From Chlorobiaceae bacterium (GTDB lineage Bacteria > Bacteroidota > Chlorobiia > Chlorobiales > Chlorobiaceae): DNA of 55,158 nt. The notes below the pieces were generated by a model. That model saw nothing but the letters and a program-made list of their open reading frames with translations, searched no databases and was not told the DNA's origin. The stretch lies in contig JBAXFV010000001.1 of assembly GCA_037139755.1 (NCBI GenBank), positions 1-55,158 on the forward strand, given 5' to 3'. The position numbers were made by a program, and so were the translations under genes. This document shows positions 21,511 through 30,904 of the stretch, piece by piece (the stretch's first letter is position 1; the number at the start of each line of letters is the position of its first letter).

Positions 21511-23151
21511 ATGAAAATATTGATGGTTCAACCAAATTACCATTCAGGTGGGGCCGAAATTGCCGGGAACTGGACGCCAAGCTGGGTAGCCTATATCGGT
21601 GGCGCCCTTAAACAGGCAGGATTCGATCAGGTGAAATTTGTTGACGCCATGGCCGACGACATTCCTGACGACCAGATTGAGGAGATCATCCGCAAGAACA
21701 TGCCGGATGTGGTGATGACAACCAATATCACTCCCTCTATCTTTAAAGCTCAGGCTATCATGAAGCTTGCCAAGAAGGTGAATCCGAAGATCAGAACGAT
21801 CATGGGTGGTATCCATTCAACCTTCATGTACCCGCAGGTACTCAGCGAAGCACCTGAAACCGATTATGTTGTTCGTGGTGAAGGTGAAGAGGTGACAGTA
21901 AACCTCATCCGTGAGATCGCAGCAGGAACCGACAGGCAGAACCGTGGAGAGATTACCGGCATCGCCTATATCGACGACGACGGTAAAGTGTTTGCAACGG
22001 CTGCACATCCGGTCATTGAGGATCTTGATACCCTTACCCCCGACTGGAGTCTTTATGACTGGGACAAATACATTTACACCCCTCTGAACTGCCGTCTTGC
22101 GGTTCCAAATTTTGCAAGAGGATGTCCATTTACCTGCACTTTCTGCTCACAGTGGCAGTTCTGGCGCCGCTACCGTGCTCGCAGTCCAAAACTGTTCGTT
22201 GATGAAATTGAGGTACTGGTCAAACAGCACAAAGTGGGCTTTTTCATTCTTGCTGATGAAGAGCCAACCATCAACAAGCAGAAGTTTGTTTCGCTCTGCC
22301 AGGAGCTTATCGACCGCAAACTTGATGTTACCTGGGGTATCAACACCCGCGTGACCGACATTATGCGCGATGCCGATTTGCTGCCCTTCTTCCGCAAGGC
22401 AGGTCTTGTCCATGTTTCGCTCGGCACCGAAGCTGCCAGCCAGATGAACCTGAACCGTTTCCGCAAAGAGACGACCATTGAGGAAAACAAGCTTGCCATC
22501 AAGTTGCTGCAGAAAAATGGAATTGTTGCTGAAGCACAGTTTGTTATGGGGCTTGAACACGAAACTCCTGAAACCATTGAAGAGACTTACCAGCTCTGCA
22601 AAGACTGGGATCCCGATATGGCCAACTGGACCATCTACACTCCATGGCCCTTCTCCGACCTCTTCAAGGAACTTGGCGACAGAGTGGAGGTGCGCGACTA
22701 CTCCAAATACAACTTTGTGACGCCGATTATCAAGCCCGATAACATGGAGCGTGAGGATGTGCTGAAGCTTGTGCTGAAATCTTATGCACGCTTCTACGCA
22801 CGCAAAACCTTTTTTGGCTACCCATGGATCAAGGATCCCTATGTCCGCAAGTACATGCTTGGCTGTCTCAAGGCGTTTGCACAGACCACCATTACCAAGC
22901 GCTTCTATGACATCGATCGCGTCAAGACCAAGAACCGCAAGATCGAGATTGACCTCGGTTTTGACAAGACGAGGATTCTGACTCAGAACGAGGTAAAAAA
23001 CCTCAAGGAGCTTCGCCCGGAAATGGTCGCTGACATGAGCTTCGGTCTGAAAGAGGCTGGCTACCAGCGTGAGCATGACGAGCACAACTGGGACGAGTTC
23101 GACGAGAGCACCATCAAGGATCGCAACTCTTCGACCGTCCGTAACTGCTGA
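21511..23151 (+). CDS. bchE: Anaerobic Mg-protoporphyrin monomethyl ester cyclase (B12-binding radical SAM)
   Basis: NYHSGGAEIAGNW, GGIH, RGEGE, RGCPFTCTFCSQW (CxxxCxxC), ADEEP. Confidence 0.96.
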   Translation: MKILMVQPNYHSGGAEIAGNWTPSWVAYIGGALKQAGFDQVKFVDAMADDIPDDQIEEIIRKNMPDVVMTTNITPSIFKAQAIMKLAKKVNPKIRTIMGGIHSTFMYPQVLSEAPETDYVVRGEGEEVTVNLIREIAAGTDRQNRGEITGIAYIDDDGKVFATAAHPVIEDLDTLTPDWSLYDWDKYIYTPLNCRLAVPNFARGCPFTCTFCSQWQFWRRYRARSPKLFVDEIEVLVKQHKVGFFILADEEPTINKQKFVSLCQELIDRKLDVTWGINTRVTDIMRDADLLPFFRKAGLVHVSLGTEAASQMNLNRFRKETTIEENKLAIKLLQKNGIVAEAQFVMGLEHETPETIEETYQLCKDWDPDMANWTIYTPWPFSDLFKELGDRVEVRDYSKYNFVTPIIKPDNMEREDVLKLVLKSYARFYARKTFFGYPWIKDPYVRKYMLGCLKAFAQTTITKRFYDIDRVKTKNRKIEIDLGFDKTRILTQNEVKNLKELRPEMVADMSFGLKEAGYQREHDEHNWDEFDESTIKDRNSSTVRNC

Positions 23152-23164
23152 GAACACCTGCTCA

Positions 23165-23213
23165 GAGATAAAGAAAAAAACCTCCTTGTTGGGGGTTTTT
23201 TTTTCTTTATCTC
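23165..23213 (+). terminator. Long-stem terminator after bchE
   Basis: GAGATAAAGAAAAAAACCTCC...GGGGG(T)nCTTTATCTC near-perfect inverted repeat. Confidence 0.85.
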
Positions 23214-23595
23214 AATCATCGCAAGCCTCTCCTCTAAACCCTTGAATGTTTCTGATCTTATAAACTGCAAAGATTTGTATTTGAAGTATTTATTCGTTAC
23301 TTTTCTTTGGCATTTTAAGCATTTCAAAAGAAGAACGACTTTTCTGCCCACTCTGCGGATCTCCGTTTTGGGAACAATCAGAAAGTATTATCCATGAGAT
23401 AATCGATAAAAGAGATGAGTGCATGTTATCTCTATAATGATATGCATAAATTTCAAGGTGCTCCTGATACGTTATCTATACCGCAAGCCTCCCCTTTTTG
23501 CTGTATAATATCACGCTCAAGAAGACAACAAACCATAAATAAGGGCGTTGCTTATTTCGCAACAATGGAAAGTTAACAGTTTAATAAAAATCATT

Positions 23596-23985
23596 ATGAA
23601 CATAGGTGACACCTACGCTGGTGGAGTGATATTTTTTGTCGATCATTTTGGAAAGCATGGCCTGATTGCTGGAAAAATGGATATTCTTACTCAATCTGTT
23701 GCTGGATTGCCTGAAACATTGTTTTCCTGGTATGATGCTATAAAGCATTGTGATAAATGGTTTGAAAATGGGCATAATGACTGGCTCCTGCCAAACAGAA
23801 ACCAGTTGCATCAACTCTACCTTAATAAGGATGTTGTTCCGGGTTTTACGGACAACAACGCCAACTACTGGAGTTCTTCTGAGTACTATGTGAGTATCGC
23901 GTGGGAACAGTACTTCCACAATGGCCACCAAAGCCTCAACAATAAGATGAACCTCAATCGTGTGCGGCCAATACGGGCATTTTAA
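23596..23985 (+). CDS. DUF1566 (Lcl / C-type lectin fold) protein, 129 aa; putative DGR target
   Basis: IGDTYAGGVIFFVD..GKHGLI, WYDAIKHC, GHNDWLLP...QLHQLY, YWSSSE, AW..YF.NG, RVRPIRAF C-terminus. Confidence 0.82.
   Translation: MNIGDTYAGGVIFFVDHFGKHGLIAGKMDILTQSVAGLPETLFSWYDAIKHCDKWFENGHNDWLLPNRNQLHQLYLNKDVVPGFTDNNANYWSSSEYYVSIAWEQYFHNGHQSLNNKMNLNRVRPIRAF
23851..23985 (+). other. Putative DGR variable region (VR) at the 3' end of the DUF1566 gene
   Basis: Run of AAC/AAT and NNC/NNT codons between fixed scaffold codons; codon usage changes abruptly from the 5' part of the gene. Confidence 0.55.
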
Positions 23986-23989
23986 TTCC

Positions 23990-24886
23990 TTATACGCTGC
24001 TTTTCAACGTCGTCCCGATCCCGAGCAGGTCTGCAATATTTGCCGAGGGGTCGATAACCGGCCTGATAAGCGACGACGCACAGGTCATGAGCGTAGTGAC
24101 TCCTGGACCGTGCCCGGCTTCGAGGCAGTCACTGTGTATCACGATACCAATAGTGATGGCTCCTTTGCGGTATGCCCTTCCGTAACGATTGTCATGGTCA
24201 AGCAGGGCAACAAAGTCCCCAAGACGTATTTTGTCAATCCCATACTCATGAACAGTATCGGCATCGCTGGTCATGATATCGTAGTCCCCTTTTGCAACAT
24301 GCGCAGAACCGATGCCCGATCCCATACAGACGGCGGGCACAATGGTGGTGACAGGCACTTCGAGTACCCCACCCCCAAGTTCACGGATCTTCATGGCATG
24401 AAGCAATGTCGGATCAAGATTGAACAGGGCAATATCAGGATAATCGGCAAGCTTCAGCCCCTGCCCTTTACCCCGAATAATGATAGTGTCGCTATAGAGC
24501 AGCTTTTCCTTGACATTACGCTCAAAATCAACAATCACATGTTCTGACCCACCATGGTGACCGAGAACTCGACCTTCAGCCCCTTTGGCCTCGCCGGTGG
24601 CAACTGTCGCCGTGTTGCCTGCACAGGAAAAGATCTGTAGTCCAACGTTGGGATGTTCGAAAGGTTTCATGGTATCGGCGGTGCAACTTACACCTGGCTC
24701 AATATGATCGCCCGCCCAGCCGAATGCAGGATCTCCTGCCTGGACATTCAGGGTAATGCCTCCGATTGCAGGGAGAAGAAAGGGGGTTCCCTGGTGGTCC
24801 ACCTCCCAGGTTCCTCTGGTTTTTGGCTGGCCCGGGTGGCATTGCAGCAGAAATTCTACAAGTTTTTGTTCGTTTGTCTTCAGCAT
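23990..24886 (-). CDS. DUF4438 family protein
   Basis: [53 protein letters not shown]. Confidence 0.8.
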   Translation of the reverse strand: MLKTNEQKLVEFLLQCHPGQPKTRGTWEVDHQGTPFLLPAIGGITLNVQAGDPAFGWAGDHIEPGVSCTADTMKPFEHPNVGLQIFSCAGNTATVATGEAKGAEGRVLGHHGGSEHVIVDFERNVKEKLLYSDTIIIRGKGQGLKLADYPDIALFNLDPTLLHAMKIRELGGGVLEVPVTTIVPAVCMGSGIGSAHVAKGDYDIMTSDADTVHEYGIDKIRLGDFVALLDHDNRYGRAYRKGAITIGIVIHSDCLEAGHGPGVTTLMTCASSLIRPVIDPSANIADLLGIGTTLKSSV

Positions 24887-24929
24887 GACTTCCTTGTAAT
24901 TTATTAATCTTCAAAAGATGTCAGGAATA

Positions 24930-25655
24930 TTATCCATCGAATCCCGGGCGAATAAATGTCCGTGCGGCAGGAAACACAACTTCAACTGAACGACGCAGCC
25001 GGTCGAGATGAAGCAGAATTGAAAGCGTGCTGTCTTCTTGAGCGGGATACTCTCCGTAAAGCACACTCCACGCGGCAAGGGTGCGATCAATGGCGATCAA
25101 GGCAACTTTAGCCGTACCGCAAACATCGTCCTCCATCTCACCCTCCCTTTGGCTGAGACGTCCTTCTACAGCCCGAACAATTTTCGGGTAAATAAAATAT
25201 TGATAATGCCTGATCACCAGTATCGGTTCTTCAACAGTGGGTGGGGGAAGAGTCAACAGCGACTCCTCAACTTCAGAAAACTCATCGACAGCAGCAAACC
25301 ATTCATTAACCATGCCGGCATAGAGAATGGCTGCAGTCGCACAGGGGTGTTCACGGGCATCAAGCTGCAGGCTCTCGGGCGGTTCAGAAAAGATCGTTTC
25401 CTTTTGCAGATCATCGGGTTCAATACCCTCCCTTGCAGCAATTTCTCTGATAAGACGCATAGCCTGCACCAAAGCCTTGCCCATCTCCTGCCAAAATTTC
25501 AGGTTCAATGCATCAAAATTCTGCAACGCATTACCTTGTTCCATCTCTTCAGCTTCAATACGGAACTGAAGACAACGTGAGGTAAAGGCACAACGCTCGC
25601 ACCAGCGATCGCAATAAATGTAGATGCCTGGAATCAGGACCGGTTCATCGGCCAT
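24930..25655 (-). CDS. Conserved hypothetical protein with N-terminal Cys cluster
   Basis: YIYCDRWCERCAFTSRC, GTAKVALIAIDR, C-terminal FIRPGFD; mostly helical. Confidence 0.78.
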   Translation of the reverse strand: MADEPVLIPGIYIYCDRWCERCAFTSRCLQFRIEAEEMEQGNALQNFDALNLKFWQEMGKALVQAMRLIREIAAREGIEPDDLQKETIFSEPPESLQLDAREHPCATAAILYAGMVNEWFAAVDEFSEVEESLLTLPPPTVEEPILVIRHYQYFIYPKIVRAVEGRLSQREGEMEDDVCGTAKVALIAIDRTLAAWSVLYGEYPAQEDSTLSILLHLDRLRRSVEVVFPAARTFIRPGFDG

Positions 25656-25675
25656 TTTTCAAAAAAATCAAATTT

Positions 25676-25713
25676 AAAAAAACAAAAGGCGCATGATGGT
25701 GCGCCCTCTGTTT
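25676..25713 (-). terminator. Terminator after the cold-shock gene
   Basis: GGCGCA-TGATGG-TGCGCC stem with an A-rich run on + (U-tail on -). Confidence 0.6.
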
Positions 25714-25763
25714 CTTTGTGTCATAATTAACGCCGCCAGTTACCCGGACAAAACGAAAATAAT

Positions 25764-25973
25764 TTATTGAGGAGTTACATCTTCAGCCTGAAGGCCTTTT
25801 GCTCCCTGAGTTACTTCCATCAAAACTTTCTGGCCTTCAACAAGCGTTTTGCGTCCAGTGCCGTTAATTGCACTGTGATGCACAAACACATCTTTTCCGC
25901 CTTTCTGCTCAATAAAGCCGTAACCTTTTTCTTCGTTGAACCATTTGACAGTTCCTTCAACCTGAGTACCCAT
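25764..25973 (-). CDS. cspA: Cold-shock protein
   Basis: GTVKWFN..KGYGFI (RNP1), DVFVHHSAI (RNP2), GAKGLQA. Confidence 0.95.
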   Translation of the reverse strand: MGTQVEGTVKWFNEEKGYGFIEQKGGKDVFVHHSAINGTGRKTLVEGQKVLMEVTQGAKGLQAEDVTPQ

Positions 25974-26108
25974 ATCTACCTCTTTTTATTTTTGCCAGTT
26001 AAACTTGGCGTTACAATGAGCAACCTCGACATGAAGCGCTCAAAAACGAATTTACTCCCCGTACAATTAATTTACTTACTTTACGCTAATTCAAAAAGGA
26101 AGTTTTAC

Positions 26109-26137
26109 AGTTTAGGCTACTTTTTTGCTATTGACAA
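26109..26137 (-). promoter_or_regulatory. Sigma70-type promoter of the cold-shock gene
   Basis: Minus strand TTGTCA-N17-TAAACT, which implies a ~130-nt 5' UTR. Confidence 0.5.
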
Positions 26138-26198
26138 AAAAACATTTGCGCTCTCCTTAAGAGCTTTGGAATACCGTAAAACAAAAAACACATCCCTC

Positions 26199-27149
26199 CT
26201 ACATGATTCCCCAGAGCTTTATTTTACGGTCATCACTCCCACTTGCAATGACTTTACCATCAGGAGAGACATCAACCGACTGCACTTCGAGAACATGGCC
26301 CCGATAGAGATGTAACTGCTTCCCCGACTGAATATCCCACAACCTTACCGATTCATCGTTTGCTGCACTGACAACTTTGGCACCATCAGGAGTAAAGCAG
26401 ACACTGCGCACAGCATCTTCATGTCCTTCAAGCACTTTGATAATCTCTCCGCTTGCGGCATCAAGAATCTTTACCAGAGCATCGCGTCCACAAAAAGCAA
26501 TAAGCTTGTCGTCAGGACTGAAAGCCAATGCATGCGACAGCCTGTCATCTGTCTTGAAGTTGGCAACATTTTTGCCGGTTGCAACATCCCAGATTTTTAT
26601 GACCGGTTCTTCACCGCAACTTGCAAGTCTTTTCCCATCATGGCTGTAAGCAAGGCATTCAATATATGATTTATGTCCGAGAATCCTTGACAACTCTTTG
26701 CCGGTTTCGACATCCCAAAGCCGAATGGTAGTATCACGTGAACAGCTCGCCACAATCTTGCCGTCCGGACTGAACGCAACCATACGTACCGCTGTATCAT
26801 GACCCTTACACACGTGCAGACACTGACCGGTTGCAGCATCCCAGATTCTTACCGTACTGTCCGTGCTTCCGCTTGCAAGGTGTTTGCCATCACGACTGTA
26901 ATCAATACACTCAACCCAGGTATCATGCCCTTTCATGGTGAGCAGGCTGCGGCCTGATTCCACATCCCAAAGCATAACCGTTTCATCGAAACTGCCACTA
27001 ACAAGTTTTTTGCCATCGGAGCTGAATTTTACACCCAGCACCCGGTCAAGATGACCTTCCATCGTCTTTATCAGGTTGACATCCTCAATAACCTTTGGAA
27101 GCTTGAGCTCCACTTCCTTTTTCCCGAATATGTTCGATAAGAAACCCAT
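26199..27149 (-). CDS. WD40-repeat protein (7-bladed propeller)
   Basis: Seven GH....V..V.FS.DG..LAS.S.D.TVRLWD-type repeats; ATG 27149. Confidence 0.92.
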   Translation of the reverse strand: MGFLSNIFGKKEVELKLPKVIEDVNLIKTMEGHLDRVLGVKFSSDGKKLVSGSFDETVMLWDVESGRSLLTMKGHDTWVECIDYSRDGKHLASGSTDSTVRIWDAATGQCLHVCKGHDTAVRMVAFSPDGKIVASCSRDTTIRLWDVETGKELSRILGHKSYIECLAYSHDGKRLASCGEEPVIKIWDVATGKNVANFKTDDRLSHALAFSPDDKLIAFCGRDALVKILDAASGEIIKVLEGHEDAVRSVCFTPDGAKVVSAANDESVRLWDIQSGKQLHLYRGHVLEVQSVDVSPDGKVIASGSDDRKIKLWGIM

Positions 27150-27266
27150 AAGCAATACTCTTGTTTGATTTGATACTTTTTAGCCTGCAACAAATCGCAG
27201 GATTGGAGATGCTGATTTTTATCGTGCAATTTAAAAAAAAATATCACCTTCCCCGAATTCTCTCCT

Positions 27267-28409
27267 CTATCGGGAAAAATTGTAGTTTCTCCCTTTCCAT
27301 GAAGAGCCCTTGCCAAATTTTATAACGCAAAATGAGTTGACCGCTATGGCAAGCAATACGAATTGGGAGAAAGCATGAAGGAGCACTACCGAAAGTGGTT
27401 GGCGGAAAGCAAGAGCAACAATAAACCGGCTGAGCAGAACAACAGCGATCTGTAGAAGTGGAAGCCAGAAAAGCGGCACACTGAACTCCGAAATCAATAG
27501 TGAGCGGACGAGAAATGCATAGGGAGCAATATATAATAATGCCGTCATGACAATCATGGCAAGAAGAGCAGGTGTTTTGTACCCGAGACCGGCAAAAAGA
27601 TTTTTTGAAAACCCATCCCAAACATCTTTTCCATTGCGGTACATTCTGCAACTGACCGTATCCGTACCGTTAAAAGCCGTAACGGTACCACCAGCTTTTT
27701 TTACCGCCATGCAAAGCCAGACATCTTCAACAAGATCGCCCTTGACAGCAGCATGTCCGTTGATTCTGTCATAAAAATCCTTTCGAAACAAAATAAACTG
27801 TCCATTAGCAAAACTGAATGCCGGGTTTCTACTTTTCCAGACAAGCCGAAGAGGCAGAAAGCACATAAGAATAAAATAGACCATCGGCACCACAAGCTTT
27901 TCCCCGAACGATCCCAGTTCCTGGTAGGGTGTGAGCGAGAGCATATCAGCTCCAGAATCCTGCAGGGCCGCGACTGAGCGGCGAAGTGCATCAGGCTGAT
28001 GTATAGTATCAGCATCGGTAAACAGCAGTCGCTCACCTTTGGCTTGACGTCCGAGTTGAAAACAGGCCCAGGACTTGCCATGCCACCCTTCAGGGAGGGG
28101 TTCCCCCTTAAGAGAGCGCAAGCGTCCACCCGACTCACTGACAAGAGAACGCAACAATTCCGGAGTTGTATCAGTTGAAGCGTCATCAAGAACAAGAATC
28201 TCGAAAGTTCCGTAATCCTGCTGCAAAAGGGATCGTATACATCGCACAATGTTCAGCGCTTCATTACGGGCTGGCACCAGAACTGAAACAAAGGGCCCTG
28301 ACGGTGAGTGACCTGCCGGCATACAGGGAAGATCAATCAGATTTCTCAGTACAATTCCCAGGAAAACCAGTAATGACAACAGCACCAGTATCTGATAGAA
28401 AAACAGCAT
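27267..28409 (-). CDS. cruC: GT2 glycosyltransferase, carotenoid (OH-chlorobactene) glucosyltransferase
   Basis: VSVLVPARNE, DDASTD, LPEGWHGKSWAC, FTDAD, ANGQFI, LVEDV, CRMY, WKGR; follows hisG as recalled for Chlorobiaceae. Confidence 0.78.
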   Translation of the reverse strand: MLFFYQILVLLSLLVFLGIVLRNLIDLPCMPAGHSPSGPFVSVLVPARNEALNIVRCIRSLLQQDYGTFEILVLDDASTDTTPELLRSLVSESGGRLRSLKGEPLPEGWHGKSWACFQLGRQAKGERLLFTDADTIHQPDALRRSVAALQDSGADMLSLTPYQELGSFGEKLVVPMVYFILMCFLPLRLVWKSRNPAFSFANGQFILFRKDFYDRINGHAAVKGDLVEDVWLCMAVKKAGGTVTAFNGTDTVSCRMYRNGKDVWDGFSKNLFAGLGYKTPALLAMIVMTALLYIAPYAFLVRSLLISEFSVPLFWLPLLQIAVVLLSRFIVALAFRQPLSVVLLHAFSQFVLLAIAVNSFCVIKFGKGSSWKGRNYNFSR

Positions 28410-28418
28410 AATGGAGAT

Positions 28419-28445
28419 AAAAAAGGCCGCCCTTGCGGGCAGCCT
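28419..28445 (-). terminator. Terminator after hisG
   Basis: Minus strand AGGCTGCCC-GCAA-GGGCGGCCT followed by a T-run. Confidence 0.78.
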
Positions 28446-28472
28446 GCATGGTCATGAGTAGAGAGAACTTTT

Positions 28473-29357
28473 TCAGTCGATCAGTTTGTTGATATTGTAC
28501 TCAAAAATACCTTCGGCCCCAGCCCTTTTCAGCTCAGGAATCAGTTTGCGAACAATTTTTTCGGTGACAATAACTTCAATAGCAACCCACTGATCTTCAG
28601 CAAGACTGGATATGGTGGGCTGACGCAAAGCAGGAATGATGGCAATAATTTTGTCAAGCGAAGATTTCGGAGCATTCATTTTCAGTCCGACCTTCCCTTG
28701 GGCATTGATGGCTCCAAGGAGAAGCAGTGCCATGCTCTCAATCTTTTCTCTTTTCCATGGATCATTCCATGAATTTTTATTGGCAATCAGTTTTGTGTTG
28801 GACTCAAGAATTGTATCCACAATTCTCAGCTTGTTTGCCCTGAGTGAAGATCCGGTTTCAGTCACCTCAACAATAGCGTCAGCAAGATCCGGCGGCTTGA
28901 CTTCTGTGGCTCCCCAACTGAATTCCACTGAAGCATTGACTCCGTTTCTGGCAAGGTATTTCTTTGTAATATTAACTACTTCAGTAGCAATATGCTTGCC
29001 TTCAAGGTCCTTCACCGACGTGACTGTCGAGTTTTCGGGAACGCAAAGCACCCAGCGTACAGGCCTCATCGAGGCTTTTGAATAGACCAGATCAGCAACC
29101 TCGACCACGTCTGCATCTGTTTCAATAATCCAGTCCTTTCCAGTCAGCCCAACATCAAAGGCGCCTAATTCTACGTAGTGAGCCATCTCCTGCGCTCTGA
29201 TAAGTATAGCTTCCAGCTCATCATCATCAATAGAAGGAAAATAGGAACGACTCTGAACAGAAAAATGAAATCCTGCCTGAGCAAAAAGATCGATTGTTGA
29301 ATCCTGCAGACTTCCTTTCGGCAATCCGAGCTTCAGCACCTTGTTTACATTACTCAT
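28473..29357 (-). CDS. hisG: ATP phosphoribosyltransferase (long form)
   Basis: [45 protein letters not shown]. Confidence 0.96.
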   Translation of the reverse strand: MSNVNKVLKLGLPKGSLQDSTIDLFAQAGFHFSVQSRSYFPSIDDDELEAILIRAQEMAHYVELGAFDVGLTGKDWIIETDADVVEVADLVYSKASMRPVRWVLCVPENSTVTSVKDLEGKHIATEVVNITKKYLARNGVNASVEFSWGATEVKPPDLADAIVEVTETGSSLRANKLRIVDTILESNTKLIANKNSWNDPWKREKIESMALLLLGAINAQGKVGLKMNAPKSSLDKIIAIIPALRQPTISSLAEDQWVAIEVIVTEKIVRKLIPELKRAGAEGIFEYNINKLID

Positions 29358-29384
29358 AACAACAACTATCTATAATTATTAACG

Positions 29385-30116
29385 TTAAATTTCCATGAGC
29401 TGAAATAAACCATTGTTAAAAACTCCATAGGGTGAACTTCCATTAATCCAGGTTCCAAGATTGACATACCTGGTGGATCCAGAAGAAAGTTCATTAACCC
29501 CCTTAACATGATTATGACCGCAAACAAAATAATCAAACTCTTTTTCTGCGGCCAAGGCTTCAGCAAAGTTTAACAAACGATCAGTTTCAAAAATAATGTT
29601 GGCTGGTTTATGCGCACGACTCAACTGTGATAAACCTTTCATAATACTAATTGCAAGATCCGGTTGAATCCCTGACAGAAGAGAAATGTTGAAGCGGTTC
29701 CTGATAAAACGGACAAAAAACTTGTAGCCAAGATCGCCTTTACCGAGCCCATCTCCATGGGCAATTACAAATTTACGACCGTCGAGAAGCAGCTCATGCA
29801 TACCATAGATTGTGTTGATCCCAAGCTCATCATCAAAAAAACGGCCAAGATAAAAATCATGGTTTCCCGCAACATAGACGACTTTAATGTTGTGGCGCAC
29901 AAGATCGGACAATAAACAAAAAAATCTGGTAAACCCCTTTGGAATAACATGGTGAAACTCCATCCAGTAATCAAGAATATCACCAAGCATATAGAGAGAA
30001 CTTCCCTCTGACTTGATGCTGGTAAAAAGTCGTTCTATTTTTTCCAGCTTGAGCTGCTCGGTTTTTCCGTCCTGAAGACCTAAATGAATGTCACTGATGA
30101 AATAAATTGCCGACAT
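29385..30116 (-). CDS. lpxH: UDP-2,3-diacylglucosamine diphosphatase family metallophosphoesterase
   Basis: FISDIHLG, LGDILDYW, GNHDF, AHGDG, CGHNH, NLGTW. Confidence 0.8.
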   Translation of the reverse strand: MSAIYFISDIHLGLQDGKTEQLKLEKIERLFTSIKSEGSSLYMLGDILDYWMEFHHVIPKGFTRFFCLLSDLVRHNIKVVYVAGNHDFYLGRFFDDELGINTIYGMHELLLDGRKFVIAHGDGLGKGDLGYKFFVRFIRNRFNISLLSGIQPDLAISIMKGLSQLSRAHKPANIIFETDRLLNFAEALAAEKEFDYFVCGHNHVKGVNELSSGSTRYVNLGTWINGSSPYGVFNNGLFQLMEI

Positions 30117-30137
30117 TTCCTCCCTCTTTAGTTCATC

Positions 30138-30851
30138 TCACAAAAAACGTGAAGCGGCAATGACAGCAAGAGGAATAGTCAGGTTATCAACCTCCTTGGG
30201 ACTCACGCCCTCTACAACAGTTGCAATCAGCGCAATAATGAGAATTTTCCCGGCATCAAATGATTCAGGAACTATGAGATGTGAAAAAAATAGACCCGCG
30301 GCAAGACTGCCGGCAAGAAAAGCAAGACTTCCTTCAACACTTTTATCGCTGAGTACATGGTATTTCATTTTTCCGTAGCGGGTGCCGATTATCGGCGCCA
30401 GACCATCTCCCCAACCGAGCATTGCCATAGCCAAAACGCCCGCAGGCTGTTTGTAGTATATGGTACCACAGATCATGGCGACAATCACAAAATAGAGCGT
30501 CCCTTTGAGCAATTCCCGCTTGTCACCGGTACGGGTCATGGTTTTAACTGCCTGATCATCATCGGCGGCAAAAAGCCCTTTTTGTACAAGAAGAACTGTC
30601 CAGACAGCAAAAACAGTAATATTAAGATAGTGTGACCAGCCGCCATCAACAAAAAGAGGAAGAAAAATAATGGCAGAACCGGCACAGATATGGGTGATTT
30701 TGCGACTGATATCCCTTGGAAGCGAGTGATTGGTCACCAGATAATCCATCAGAGGCGGCACGCTGAAAACATACACAAAAGTAAGAAGAGTAATCAGTGC
30801 ATTATGCCACACCACCGGAAGCGAAAAAAATGTTGACTGAAGAGTATCCAT
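30138..30851 (-). CDS. CTP-dependent polyprenol kinase (phytol/farnesol/dolichol kinase family)
   Basis: SRKITHI, GWGDGLAPIIG, KSVEGSLAF, VDNLTIPL; multi-pass membrane protein. Confidence 0.85.
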   Translation of the reverse strand: MDTLQSTFFSLPVVWHNALITLLTFVYVFSVPPLMDYLVTNHSLPRDISRKITHICAGSAIIFLPLFVDGGWSHYLNITVFAVWTVLLVQKGLFAADDDQAVKTMTRTGDKRELLKGTLYFVIVAMICGTIYYKQPAGVLAMAMLGWGDGLAPIIGTRYGKMKYHVLSDKSVEGSLAFLAGSLAAGLFFSHLIVPESFDAGKILIIALIATVVEGVSPKEVDNLTIPLAVIAASRFL

Positions 30852-30904
30852 AGCAAACCGATGATTTAAGATTTACACCATTGTAGTAAAGAAGTTTTGA
30901 AAAA

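Noticed and set aside
23152-25700. Complete DGR cassette or mobile element around the DUF1566 gene
   Set aside because: No reverse transcriptase, Avd, template repeat, integrase, transposase or terminal repeats seen; only the VR-like signature is supported.
26199-27149. CRISPR-like or DNA tandem repeat periodicity
   Set aside because: The ~126-nt periodicity is explained by degenerate WD40 protein repeats.
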